From: a virus
IMG/VR virus record: IMGVR_UViG_3300048927_000209
DNA length: 64,000 nucleotides
Direction: 5' to 3' (one strand)
Of the stretch, positions 54,956 through 63,523 are shown piece after piece. The translations under genes were made by a program, and so were the position numbers. Each line of letters begins with the position of its first letter. Positions within the stretch are counted from its first letter, which is position 1. Under the pieces are notes generated by a model. That model ran no database searches, had not been told where the DNA came from, and saw only the letters and a program-made list of their open reading frames with translations.

Positions 54956-54979
54956 TTTAAGGGTTTAAAGTGATCACAC

Positions 54980-55015
54980 ACATTAGTAATGTAGGAGTGA
55001 AAATAACTGCAAGCA
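54980..55015 (-). promoter_or_regulatory. promoter-like motif, class B
   Basis: Minus strand TCCTACATTACTAATGTGTGTG; core 54986-54995; upstream of HTH-RHH-HD operon. Confidence 0.45.
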
Positions 55016-55059
55016 TTAAAACCGTCATCGCCATAGTCATACATAGGTTGACTATTTAT

Positions 55060-55095
55060 CATAAAACAAAAAAGAAAGAGCCGAAGCCCTTTCTT
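55060..55095 (-). terminator. C(UUCG)G hairpin terminator
   Basis: Minus strand AAGAAAGGGC-UUCG-GCUCUUUCUU + TTTTGTTTTATG. Confidence 0.8.
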
Positions 55096-55098
55096 CAT

Positions 55099-55398
55099 TT
55101 ATAACCAGCCAGTGTACTGATCGGGGTAGTCGGCTTTAAACCGCTTCCTGGCCCATTCAATACGACTGGTTGTCTCCCTTGCCTCTTTATACAGATCCTC
55201 CGCCTTTTTCCTGGCTTTGTCACACATCATGCTGAAGCATGCATAATTAGGCGTGTACACACTCATCTCTGCTTTCTTACGCGCCATCCTTTCTGCTTCT
55301 TTATACGCTTCAGCTGCGTCATCATACTGCGTGCAGGATAGCTTCACCAGTCGATCAATGTCGTCAAGGCGAGACAGCATCGGGGTCTTATTAGTCAT
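55099..55398 (-). CDS. helical hypothetical protein (99 aa)
   Basis: ATG 55398 (alt GTG 55416 coupled to upstream stop); UUCG terminator follows. Confidence 0.5.
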   Translation of the reverse strand: MTNKTPMLSRLDDIDRLVKLSCTQYDDAAEAYKEAERMARKKAEMSVYTPNYACFSMMCDKARKKAEDLYKEARETTSRIEWARKRFKADYPDQYTGWL

Positions 55399-55417
55399 GG
55401 ATATATTACACTCCACC

Positions 55418-55717
55418 TTAGATGCGATGAGAAGGAAAGTCCAGGTTGAAGTTCAGAATAGCCACTTTACTGCACTGACGATTACGGTCAGCTTCTTCCC
55501 GCAGGTTACGTGCTTGGATGGTTGCTGCTGCGCCCAGGAGACGATACATTTCACGCTGACCATTTCCCTCGGGAAACTGCAGGGCTTTCGCACGTAAACC
55601 GTCAGCGCCCATTTCAGCCATTGTGGCGATGTTGCCATTGTGCAGGGTTAATGCGGCTAAACGTTCCAGGTCTTCCATGCGCGCGTCAATCATTTCTTCG
55701 TAGTTCTTAGTCATCAT
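55418..55717 (-). CDS. helical hypothetical protein (99 aa)
   Basis: Leader CCTTACTTGTGAGAT; promoter-like motif 55754-55764 upstream. Confidence 0.55.
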   Translation of the reverse strand: MMTKNYEEMIDARMEDLERLAALTLHNGNIATMAEMGADGLRAKALQFPEGNGQREMYRLLGAAATIQARNLREEADRNRQCSKVAILNFNLDFPSHRI

Positions 55718-55749
55718 TAAATCTCACAAGTAAGGGGATAGAATTACAT

Positions 55750-55787
55750 CACCGTGATATAGGTCTGAAACCATTTGCAGCTCAAAC
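55750..55787 (-). promoter_or_regulatory. promoter-like motif, class A
   Basis: Minus strand GGTTTGAGCTGCAAATGGTTTCAGACCTATATCACGGTGATGTAA; abuts terminator tail. Confidence 0.5.
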
Positions 55788-55821
55788 CGGCATAAAAGGC
55801 GGATGGTTTTACCCACCCGCC
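55788..55821 (-). terminator. hairpin terminator with UUUUAUGCCG tail
   Basis: Minus strand GGCGGGUGG-GUAAAA-CCAUCCGCC (G.U on - strand only) + TTTTATGCCGG; after pnuC-like gene. Confidence 0.7.
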
Positions 55822-55828
55822 CAGTTAT

Positions 55829-56509
55829 TTACTTTCTGTGTGTATAGTGGCAAATCATGACACTAACCAAAGAAACCAACCAAGCGATCACTCCAGGTAT
55901 TCCGTGACCATTCTGCAGGTAGTAGACGACCCAGAGTGCCACCGCAATGATGCACACCTGAATCCACACTAACCACTGTTCACGAAATCCTAAGATTATT
56001 AATAGCGTCCCGATGCTCCCTCCAATCAAGGTAAGGCTGCGCAACGTCTCCGCTATATCGCCCGTGGCTAAGAGATTGTGAACCACTAACCCGGTGCCTA
56101 ACAGTAGCCCGAAGGTAATAGCCAGATCTTGCCAAAAGGGAAGTGATTGTGGGGATTGGGGGCGGTGAAAAGCGAATTCATATCGCCAGACAAACGCGCC
56201 CAGTAAGTTGACTACCAAAAACAGCCCTTGCTCCCAGAGGTGAACGGCCATCCCCAGACGGTAGCAGTAGATTCCGTAAAAGGCGACCGCCACGCCGCCG
56301 AATAAGAAACCCACCAGATAGCCCCGTCCCAGAAGAATGAAATGCAGCACGAAGGATAGCGTCGCTACGTAGTAGAACCAATCCGCCATGTAACATGCTG
56401 TGGCCGATAACACCAAGGAAGCGCCCAGTACCCAACCCATTTCAAGTTTAGACCAGGACATTGATCGACTCACGAGACATTCCTCAGGTAACAAAGACAT
56501 ATCATTCAT
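55829..56509 (-). CDS. pnuC: PnuC-like nicotinamide riboside transporter
   Basis: Multi-TM; LPFWQDLAITFGLLLG and GFREQWLVWIQVCIIAVALWVVYY parallel E. coli PnuC PFWDS.. and TRKYVENWLLWVIINVISVVIF (from memory); start set at TGATG-coupled ATG 56509. Confidence 0.65.
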   Translation of the reverse strand: MNDMSLLPEECLVSRSMSWSKLEMGWVLGASLVLSATACYMADWFYYVATLSFVLHFILLGRGYLVGFLFGGVAVAFYGIYCYRLGMAVHLWEQGLFLVVNLLGAFVWRYEFAFHRPQSPQSLPFWQDLAITFGLLLGTGLVVHNLLATGDIAETLRSLTLIGGSIGTLLIILGFREQWLVWIQVCIIAVALWVVYYLQNGHGIPGVIAWLVSLVSVMICHYTHRK

Positions 56510-56826
56510 CAGCCAAACCAGATCTTCCCCTTTGACAAAATTAGAAAGAACGTACATAACCCCCAGGTATCTGTTTTACTGTTGGTACAGGTTAAGGACA
56601 AACCCTGCTCGGCACAGTATTTTAATAATGCATCGACCTTGTCTTGATCATTAAAATGCTCATTAAGCAGGTACTGTAATTCGATTATTGTGTCTTGCGC
56701 ATCGTCAGGCAGGTGACGTCGGTTAGCCTTGTCGGTGATGCGAAGCGTCGAACAAGGTACCGTCGGGTGTGCTTCAAGCGATTGAATAAGAGTGCACACT
56801 TCTGGGATCACTGTTGTAGGTAGCAT
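56509..56826 (-). CDS. hypothetical protein (105 aa)
   Basis: ATG 56826 just after terminator 56850-56879; stop overlaps pnuC-like start (TGATG). Confidence 0.45.
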   Translation of the reverse strand: MLPTTVIPEVCTLIQSLEAHPTVPCSTLRITDKANRRHLPDDAQDTIIELQYLLNEHFNDQDKVDALLKYCAEQGLSLTCTNSKTDTWGLCTFFLILSKGKIWFG

Positions 56827-56849
56827 AATACCGTAACCGTAAACGTAAC

Positions 56850-56879
56850 AAAAAATAAAGCGAGGCGGCAAGCCCCGCT
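56850..56879 (-). terminator. rho-independent terminator
   Basis: Minus strand AGCGGGGC-TTGCC-GCCTCGCT + TTATTTTTTG. Confidence 0.75.
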
Positions 56880-56887
56880 GTATTTGT

Positions 56888-57415
56888 CTACGCTGGCACC
56901 TCATTGCGGATATCCACAATCGAAGTTTTGTCCAACTGACTATACCATTCCTTCAAGTGCAGCAGATCACCAGGTTTGGAGAAGCAGTGGTCCGCACCAA
57001 ATGCGCGCTCACCCAAGTCACCGCCTTTGTCCGTTCGGGCGTACAATACCTGGCGTGCAATCCAAGCCCGGTTAACCCGATAAGCACCCGGGTCACGACC
57101 ATCAAGTCTAGCATAGGCCGCCACCACAATGTCGTCAGGGCCTTCTACTGCAACGACAACAAAGTACTGTACAAAGCGTTCATGCCAGTTATCACCCACT
57201 TCAGGTTGACGTAAATGCTTGACGTTAAGGTATCCCAGCGTTTCATGCGGGTGCACGTTTTTGCTAATGAGCTTGGCGAGTTCTTGCTTCAAGACCCCAT
57301 TAACCAAATCGCTTAAAGGCAGATCGGGCCGGTTTAGCGCTTCGAGATTGTTACGCAGTTTGGTGTACAACCGCATAGTCTCGTCATCTAGCACCACGGT
57401 ATTACGCTGTTCCAT
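56888..57415 (-). CDS. hypothetical protein, tandem paralog (175 aa)
   Basis: KHLRQPEVGDNWHERF and NRAWIARQVLYA parallel AHLKNPQVGDRWFNTA and DREYLAWQVHVC of the upstream ORF. Confidence 0.55.
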   Translation of the reverse strand: MEQRNTVVLDDETMRLYTKLRNNLEALNRPDLPLSDLVNGVLKQELAKLISKNVHPHETLGYLNVKHLRQPEVGDNWHERFVQYFVVVAVEGPDDIVVAAYARLDGRDPGAYRVNRAWIARQVLYARTDKGGDLGERAFGADHCFSKPGDLLHLKEWYSQLDKTSIVDIRNEVPA

Positions 57416-57980
57416 TAACAGGTTCCTTATTAATACGACGGTCTTCCGCCACGTTGTTCTGTGCGTTCTCGGAAAGTTCTTTGATCAATTCTTCATTATG
57501 CTTGTTTGTATCGTCCGGCTGACACAAATGCGAGAAGTGTGATATTGGGAAGGTATCAAAGTCGACTGGGCCGTCCTGTGTTTTGCTTGGACACACATGT
57601 ACTTGCCACGCTAAGTACTCGCGATCCATGCGCACAAAGCCTGGTGTGTCGTTCCAGACCCAGGCAATGAAGTCGTGTTCATTTGTCACCTGATAAATAA
57701 CAAGGTCCAAATTATTCGTAGCGGTGTTAAACCAGCGATCACCTACCTGAGGGTTCTTCAGATGCGCCCTTGCTACTTCCTGTGCGGACGCTGGTTTAGG
57801 TTCGTAGCGGCGCAGCATGGCATCTACACCGGTTTCTACGGCCTGGTTTAAGATACCAAAGCGTTCATTGACCGTCATCTCTTGCTCACACAACAGGACA
57901 ATCAGACGTTTGATCTTCTCTTTAACAATGGGTGACACAACCAGATCGCCACCTTTTACATCGGGTATTTTGATATTCAT
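57402..57980 (-). CDS. hypothetical protein, tandem paralog (192 aa)
   Basis: SD GAGGA then TTTAACCTGT directly before ATG. Confidence 0.55.
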   Translation of the reverse strand: MNIKIPDVKGGDLVVSPIVKEKIKRLIVLLCEQEMTVNERFGILNQAVETGVDAMLRRYEPKPASAQEVARAHLKNPQVGDRWFNTATNNLDLVIYQVTNEHDFIAWVWNDTPGFVRMDREYLAWQVHVCPSKTQDGPVDFDTFPISHFSHLCQPDDTNKHNEELIKELSENAQNNVAEDRRINKEPVNGTA

Positions 57981-58035
57981 ACAGGTTAAATCCTCATAAA
58001 AGCAGAGACGCCTTTCGACGCCTCTGCCAGTCAGG

Positions 58036-59184
58036 TTAAACAGCTACGTCGAACTTGATGAACGGGTGCGGATCATACGCGGCCACGGCAATGTCCTCCC
58101 ACTCGTAATCTTCCAGGCGATCATGTTTGTTAACGATCTCCACGATTGGAAGTTCACGTGGTGTACGGGAGAATTGCTGAACCAGACCTTCTGTGTGATT
58201 TTTGTACACGTGCACGTTCGTGCCGTCGAACTCCAACTCACGCGGAATCATGTTCAGGGTTTTCGCGTACATCAGCAGCATGAGGCCGTAGCTGGCGATG
58301 TTGTACGGAAGACCCACACAGAAGTCCACAGAACGTTGGTGCCACTTCAGATCGAGATAACGCGTTGGTACGTTGTGTTGCTCCAGGAAAGCATCCAGCT
58401 GATGTTCATCACCGTTTTCTTTGACCCACTTGTCCCAGATGTGCGGGTTGTTGTCAACCAGCCACTGAACACGCTCGACATGGGTCAGCTCATCGGTGTA
58501 GAACTCAATCGCCCAGTGACACGGTGTGAGACAGGGTTTCCCGTTACGCACATTGTCTTGCGGAGAGATTGATTCATCAGGCATGTCTGCCGGATCCCAC
58601 AGACTAATCATAATGCGACGACTTTCCGGATTATGACGCAAGAGATCTAAAGTGTATTCCACTTGATCCACTGTGCTGCCATCGCGTGCTTTCCAGGCAC
58701 GCATTCTCGGACCGTACGGCGCATTGGTTTCACCTGCAGGCATATCCACTATATCTATTTCAGTGGGAACGTCGTGTTGGCGCATGAAGGCTTTACCGGC
58801 CTCTTCTGCTTGTTGTTCATACTTACCATCGACCCATAACGCATAAGCCTCAGGATTGTTTTCACGCAGCCAACGCACTTGTTCATATCCGCTAAGACGC
58901 TTCGCTCGAAGCACCGGTTCGGTTATCGACCAGGCTCGCCAAATGAACCCACATTTACGTTCTTCTAAAAATTGCACATCGGTGCGGCCGAGGAGAATCC
59001 ATTTCAGTTCGTGAAACACCGATTCCAAATTCACTTTTTTAGTTGTTGGTAAGGGGAACCCCTCACGCATGTCAAACACCAACTTCGCACTACGAATACT
59101 TTTGGTACCTGTACCTGTGCGATCACCGCGTGAACGGCCCTCTCGCAAGATATGGTGACCTAGGGTTAGATATTTATTATCCAT
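58036..59184 (-). CDS. thyA: thymidylate synthase (ThyA type) with two homologous ~40-45-aa insertions
   Basis: DRTGTGT; FPLPTTKK; catalytic LTPCHW; HQRSVDFCVGLPYNIASY (Asn, dUMP-type); NVHVYKNH; C-terminus YDPHPFIKFDVAV; 382 aa vs ~264 for E. coli ThyA. Confidence 0.9.
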   Translation of the reverse strand: MDNKYLTLGHHILREGRSRGDRTGTGTKSIRSAKLVFDMREGFPLPTTKKVNLESVFHELKWILLGRTDVQFLEERKCGFIWRAWSITEPVLRAKRLSGYEQVRWLRENNPEAYALWVDGKYEQQAEEAGKAFMRQHDVPTEIDIVDMPAGETNAPYGPRMRAWKARDGSTVDQVEYTLDLLRHNPESRRIMISLWDPADMPDESISPQDNVRNGKPCLTPCHWAIEFYTDELTHVERVQWLVDNNPHIWDKWVKENGDEHQLDAFLEQHNVPTRYLDLKWHQRSVDFCVGLPYNIASYGLMLLMYAKTLNMIPRELEFDGTNVHVYKNHTEGLVQQFSRTPRELPIVEIVNKHDRLEDYEWEDIAVAAYDPHPFIKFDVAV

Positions 59185-59277
59185 TTATTATGCCCTTTGC
59201 TCGGAAGTCAACGAAACGTAACGAAAAAATGTTGTCTCTATTGAGACCGGAGTAAAGTAAAGAATTGCTGTAAGTAA

Positions 59278-59715
59278 TTAAAGTGACTTGGTAGTCAAAG
59301 CGTTCAAAGACATTTCACCAGCGGTTGCAATTGAAGGGTAGCCCTGGACAATCTTGATGTTGTCCTCGTCTACGCCGACAGCGGCAGTCAGTGACTCTAA
59401 TACTGACACGTTGGTCCATTCAGTACCAGGGTTCGATACCACCAGAGCTGAGGTCCAATGCAAGCGGTTGTCTTTTGTGTACTGCACGCCCACGACCATC
59501 GAGTCCGTAGGCATCCCGTGGATATTAACAGATGGCAAATGACACCCAGTGATCTCAGTGATGTCGCACCCTTCAGCCAGGTTATCCACCGCGTTACGCT
59601 GATAAGGTTTGATTTGATCGCCGAAATCATTGCTGATGCACAACAGACCATCTTCCAGGAGATTTTTGATGCCTTTGTTAATAGCATCTAAGCAGACATT
59701 AAAGATCTTTAGCAT
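59278..59715 (-). CDS. hypothetical protein (~145 aa; start uncertain)
   Basis: Track start is GTG inside a hairpin; first plausible ATGs at 59730/59715. Confidence 0.4.
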   Translation of the reverse strand: MLKIFNVCLDAINKGIKNLLEDGLLCISNDFGDQIKPYQRNAVDNLAEGCDITEITGCHLPSVNIHGMPTDSMVVGVQYTKDNRLHWTSALVVSNPGTEWTNVSVLESLTAAVGVDEDNIKIVQGYPSIATAGEMSLNALTTKSL

Positions 59716-59782
59716 TAGCGTGATTCCCATTTTAGAGAGGAAGGTAAGGCGTCTACCCAGAGTGACAGACGCCACCCGAGTT

Positions 59783-60328
59783 TTATGCCGCGGCTGACAT
59801 CAACCAATCAGCACAAGCCTTTATATTACCGTACGAACCGTAAATCTCCATACCGGTACGCATATCCAGCGCGTCTGAAATAGACAAGCCGCGTACATCC
59901 CAACCCACAAGAGGCACTGCCGAAACCTGCTGGGTGGTGAGATCCATCTTAACCGTTACGACTAACGAACGGATCATTCTGGTGCCCTGGAAATCGAAGC
60001 GACAGATAAAAGTTTTGATGGGGGACTGATGCGTGTTAATATTAGCTAACTCCAGACAGCGCCCGGTAAACGTCACCCCGGGTTGTTTGATGTCATTGAT
60101 ATTCAGTCCATGCAGGATCACCTGTAGTGTGAACGGGTGGAATATCTGCGAAACATCGGAAGCGGAAAGAGATCCAACCCCCGCATGAGTGTTAACTTCA
60201 GCCCAATAGTTAGTAACGTTAGAGTAAGTCATTTGATCCTCCGAATCTTTAGATACTGGTGTCCCTATCTGGTGGCTAAGCCAGAGGGGGCAGTCGCCAT
60301 CGACAGATCCAACTGTCTTGACTTTCAT
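59783..60328 (-). CDS. hypothetical protein (181 aa; alt start 60232)
   Basis: ATG 60328 preceded by CTTAAGTGTGTGTAAGAAAC; an internal ATG at 60232 has a stronger SD (GGAGGA). Confidence 0.45.
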   Translation of the reverse strand: MKVKTVGSVDGDCPLWLSHQIGTPVSKDSEDQMTYSNVTNYWAEVNTHAGVGSLSASDVSQIFHPFTLQVILHGLNINDIKQPGVTFTGRCLELANINTHQSPIKTFICRFDFQGTRMIRSLVVTVKMDLTTQQVSAVPLVGWDVRGLSISDALDMRTGMEIYGSYGNIKACADWLMSAAA

Positions 60329-60415
60329 GCCGTTTCTTACACACACTTAAGGCAAAGCAACTACCTAATGATGACGAGTCATTAGGGCACAGCTATCAGG
60401 TAGACAACTGAAAGT

Positions 60416-61054
60416 TTATGAAACAGGTGTGTGCAATAGTGCCCGATCATCCGACCCGTTGTGTGGCGTAATGGGTTTCATCACTCGACAACACGGGAAG
60501 TCCGGTAAGTCCGGGAACGGTTTGAAGTCCGGGGTATACCCGATGGTGGTGTTTAGTTTGGCATCGAAATAGGTCCTTGCATCGCGGTACCGACCAAAGG
60601 AGTAACCGAAATCGGCTCCAGACTGATCAGCAACATGCTGTTGATAAGTATCGTCGATATGACGACCACGAAAGAACACTACGAATTTACTGTCAGGCCC
60701 GCTCTGGGCATGATGCAACGCTTTTAAATCATCGACGAGGCTTTTGAATTTCACCGATACCGTCTTGAAATCCAAGGTGCCGTCTCTGATGAAGCCACGT
60801 GCAGTCGCCAAACGTTCTTGCTGCCACCACTGTTGGGTCTCTTCGTCGTGACGACGACCGTCCAACCACTGGCTGTCAACGTGTAACGTTAGGTAACTCG
60901 CTTCTGCTGATGGGCTACTGTCATTAAATGGGGTGCTAAGTTGTACAGCAGACTCAGGGGTAATGATGCTGAAGAGGGTTGTTGCAGGAACTCTCGCAAC
61001 GGCACCCTCTTGCTCACTCCGGGTTTCTGAATTTGCAAGTAATGCGTGTATCAT
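60416..61054 (-). CDS. DEDDh 3'-5' exonuclease-fold protein (Rv2179c-like), possibly degenerate
   Basis: DEETQQWWQQ, FFRGRHIDD, YRDARTYFD and C-terminal HNGSDDRALL resemble the family pattern T..WW, G..FD, RT, H.A..DA; N-terminal DxE is not evident (IITPES). Start moved to ATG 61054 (SD AAGGGA). Confidence 0.35.
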   Translation of the reverse strand: MIHALLANSETRSEQEGAVARVPATTLFSIITPESAVQLSTPFNDSSPSAEASYLTLHVDSQWLDGRRHDEETQQWWQQERLATARGFIRDGTLDFKTVSVKFKSLVDDLKALHHAQSGPDSKFVVFFRGRHIDDTYQQHVADQSGADFGYSFGRYRDARTYFDAKLNTTIGYTPDFKPFPDLPDFPCCRVMKPITPHNGSDDRALLHTPVS

Positions 61055-61138
61055 GATGCATCCCTTACTAAATGAAACAAGGTGATCGGCAAAGCTGCTT
61101 TTCAAATGATGGGAACACATATGTTAACAAAAACATAT

Positions 61139-61474
61139 TCAGGCAAAGAACACAAAACCTTTGCTGGTTACCAGCTTAGCAGAAAGCCAACCACAACTGT
61201 CCTGTTCGCCCGGGACCCACTTGACCGATACCTTATCAAGCTTCGTTAGCGCCACAACAGCTCCACGCGAATCGGCCTCAAAACCAACCGCGTAAACCCC
61301 CATCTTGACTTTGGTGACCAACTCTTTTAATTCAGGTGACATCAAGCGCAAGATGTTTTGATCGTTAAGGTCACGCCGGGGATTATCCGGCATGTCTTTA
61401 CGGTTCGCCAGTCTGACCAACGCATCGGTCAGATCACCAACCGCTTTGATCTCCTCTTCATCAATCCGACTCAT
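61139..61474 (-). CDS. hypothetical protein (111 aa)
   Basis: Start moved to ATG 61474 (TAATG coupling; SD GGAGG). Confidence 0.5.
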   Translation of the reverse strand: MSRIDEEEIKAVGDLTDALVRLANRKDMPDNPRRDLNDQNILRLMSPELKELVTKVKMGVYAVGFEADSRGAVVALTKLDKVSVKWVPGEQDSCGWLSAKLVTSKGFVFFA

Positions 61475-61884
61475 TATACCTCCACGCAGGCGATGCCCTG
61501 CCACTCACCCGCCAGATCCATTAGCGTGGTTTCTTTCATCGTGGAACGTACCACGGAGGCAAGCGCTGACGCTGACGTTCGTGTGATGGAAAGATAAGGG
61601 TGCTGATCAATCAGTGCGTTCACCACGTCCACTGCCCAGTTATTACGGGTGACATTGTGGTACACGAATTGTGCCAACATCACACCGTCCACCGATTCCA
61701 TTCCCAGGGTAGGCTCGTAGTCCGCCATTGGCAAATCGAACTTATCACGCAGGTCACGGTGATGACCAATATGATTCATTATGGATTGAATACCCGAAAA
61801 CGACAAGTTATCACCACGGATGATGACACCCGCTTGTTCGTCTTCATCTTCATCTTTTACCAGAAAGGCAACAATCGTTGTCAT
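61474..61884 (-). CDS. hypothetical protein with HslV-like N-terminus (136 aa)
   Basis: MTTIVAFLVKDEDEDEQAGVIIRGDN vs HslV (M)TTIVSVRRNGHVVIAGDG (from memory); rest not alignable by eye. Confidence 0.5.
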   Translation of the reverse strand: MTTIVAFLVKDEDEDEQAGVIIRGDNLSFSGIQSIMNHIGHHRDLRDKFDLPMADYEPTLGMESVDGVMLAQFVYHNVTRNNWAVDVVNALIDQHPYLSITRTSASALASVVRSTMKETTLMDLAGEWQGIACVEV

Positions 61885-61885
61885 G

Positions 61886-62515
61886 TTACTTACCCCAAAT
61901 TAAATGTTTCAGTGGACGGTCAAAGGACAGGTTGTCAGCTATTGCATGATGACCCGCTGTGTTGTAGTAGTATACGCTCGCCAGATGGTGATTCGCCAGC
62001 GACGCCAGGTATGAACTACCGCTGAGACGTTCACGTAAAGCAATCTGTTCGCAGAATCCTTTCAACATCTGACGTATCCACGGATAGTGGTCGAAGACAA
62101 CCTGATTGCCGTAGTCAACCATGCCGGTTTTATCACTGACGTAATGCGTGCGTTCCTTTTTGTCACGCGCAATCTGCCAGCCCGTTAAGTCGATATAGTA
62201 ATGATCGGTAGTGCCTTCGATATAGATGCCGTATTCAATGTTGCAGCTTTCAAAGCGGTTGTTTTCAGCATCCACATACTGCGCCACGAAGTACGCCCAA
62301 TACTCGACTTCTTCTTCCAGTTCAATGGGACGTTTGAACGGCTGGCAATAACCCACGACATTGCGCATATCAGCTTGGTGTCTGTGCCGACCAGGCAGAA
62401 GGTTAAAGAAGTCTGTGCTCATCCAGTTCCAGGGGATGATCTGACCCGACAATGGCGTGTGTTCACCGATGCGTCTTAGCACACCATCCAGTTCAGGTTG
62501 TTTCATCAAATTCAT
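61886..62515 (-). CDS. hypothetical protein (209 aa)
   Basis: AAAAGGAAACATGT directly before ATG. Confidence 0.55.
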   Translation of the reverse strand: MNLMKQPELDGVLRRIGEHTPLSGQIIPWNWMSTDFFNLLPGRHRHQADMRNVVGYCQPFKRPIELEEEVEYWAYFVAQYVDAENNRFESCNIEYGIYIEGTTDHYYIDLTGWQIARDKKERTHYVSDKTGMVDYGNQVVFDHYPWIRQMLKGFCEQIALRERLSGSSYLASLANHHLASVYYYNTAGHHAIADNLSFDRPLKHLIWGK

Positions 62516-62532
62516 ACATGTTTCCTTTTAAA

Positions 62533-62564
62533 CGGCATAAAAAGCCGGAGGGGTTACCTCCGGC
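62533..62564 (-). terminator. hairpin terminator with UUUUUAUGCCG tail
   Basis: Minus strand GCCGGAGG-TAACC-CCTCCGGC + TTTTTATGCCGTT. Confidence 0.75.
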
Positions 62565-62731
62565 ATTTGAGTTACAGGCGAAGCGAACGCAGGACTACTT
62601 AAATCTAACGACTTTAGTAATTCCACATACGGTCATGCAACCGCAGCCGGAGTCTAACCCTTCCCCGAGGGAGATGTTTGACCACCCCCTTCGATGCGAC
62701 TGTCGATATTGAAGTCGCAACCACATGTTAC

Positions 62732-63037
62732 TCATACAATAACGAACTTCGGTTTGTTCGGTTCAGAGTAGTCCACATAGAAGTCAGTAGGGTGTAAGTA
62801 CACAACACGGGCCTTGAAGTCGCTGAAGATGAAACCGTCTACGGTATCTGGCCGTAGGCGTTTGATGAACCCGACCAGTTGCTCTGCGTAGTGATCCGCC
62901 ATTTCTTTGGTTTCACCCTGCTCATGGAGATGTTCAGCGATCGGGTCTTTCAGGATGTCTACTTCACCGGGCTTGGCCCTGAAGATCGGCGTGTGCTTCA
63001 CCAGACCTTGTTTAGCAATATACATTGCGATGATCAT
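62732..63037 (-). CDS. hypothetical protein (101 aa)
   Basis: ATG 63037 overlaps upstream stop (TGATG); SD GAAGAGG. Confidence 0.55.
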   Translation of the reverse strand: MIIAMYIAKQGLVKHTPIFRAKPGEVDILKDPIAEHLHEQGETKEMADHYAEQLVGFIKRLRPDTVDGFIFSDFKARVVYLHPTDFYVDYSEPNKPKFVIV

Positions 63038-63522
63038 CACATCACCTCTTCAATGTCAGTAAACGGGATATGGTAACCGTTCTGATCCACCCAGCACAAT
63101 TGATAGTGAGTGATCTCCGGCAAGAAGCGGCGCTTGTCGGTGTCGAACGATTCCGTGTGACCACCCAGTACCGTAATCGAAAACCCTTTAGCTGCTGCCA
63201 TCATCACCATGGTAATGTAGGTGGAACAGGTTTGGGCCTGGTACGAGGATGCCAGTGCGGGCGGTAGTTCAATACGGGTGTTGCCTTTGGTGACTAACAC
63301 TTCACCCACATGAATTTGACCCGCATGCAGCTTGTTGAGAAAGTCACCCAGTTCAGTAAAGCTACGCCCACGCACCAGCACAGTTTGGGTCAGGTCAGCC
63401 AGGTTCATGGTTACCAGTACCGGTAAGACCGAGATCTCGTTGGTAATCAATAACCCGCGTTGGGACTCTCCTACCAAGTAGGATTTCCCCACTTCTAAAA
63501 TAGGCGCTGCAGGATTGTACAC
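63037..63522 (-). CDS. hypothetical protein (~161 aa; GTG start inferred)
   Basis: Track start (GTG 63588) overlaps upstream gene by 65 nt; GTG 63522 lies 2 nt after upstream stop with SD GAAGAGG. Confidence 0.4.
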   Translation of the reverse strand: MYNPAAPILEVGKSYLVGESQRGLLITNEISVLPVLVTMNLADLTQTVLVRGRSFTELGDFLNKLHAGQIHVGEVLVTKGNTRIELPPALASSYQAQTCSTYITMVMMAAAKGFSITVLGGHTESFDTDKRRFLPEITHYQLCWVDQNGYHIPFTDIEEVM

Positions 63523-63523
63523 G

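Noticed and set aside
58363-58929. ThyA insertions considered as an intein or group I intron (as in T4 td)
   Set aside because: The inserts are in frame and short (about 40-65 aa). They lack intein splice-junction residues (Cys/Ser ... His-Asn-Cys/Ser/Thr) and any intron-like stop-rich segment. They read as ordinary helical protein sequence.
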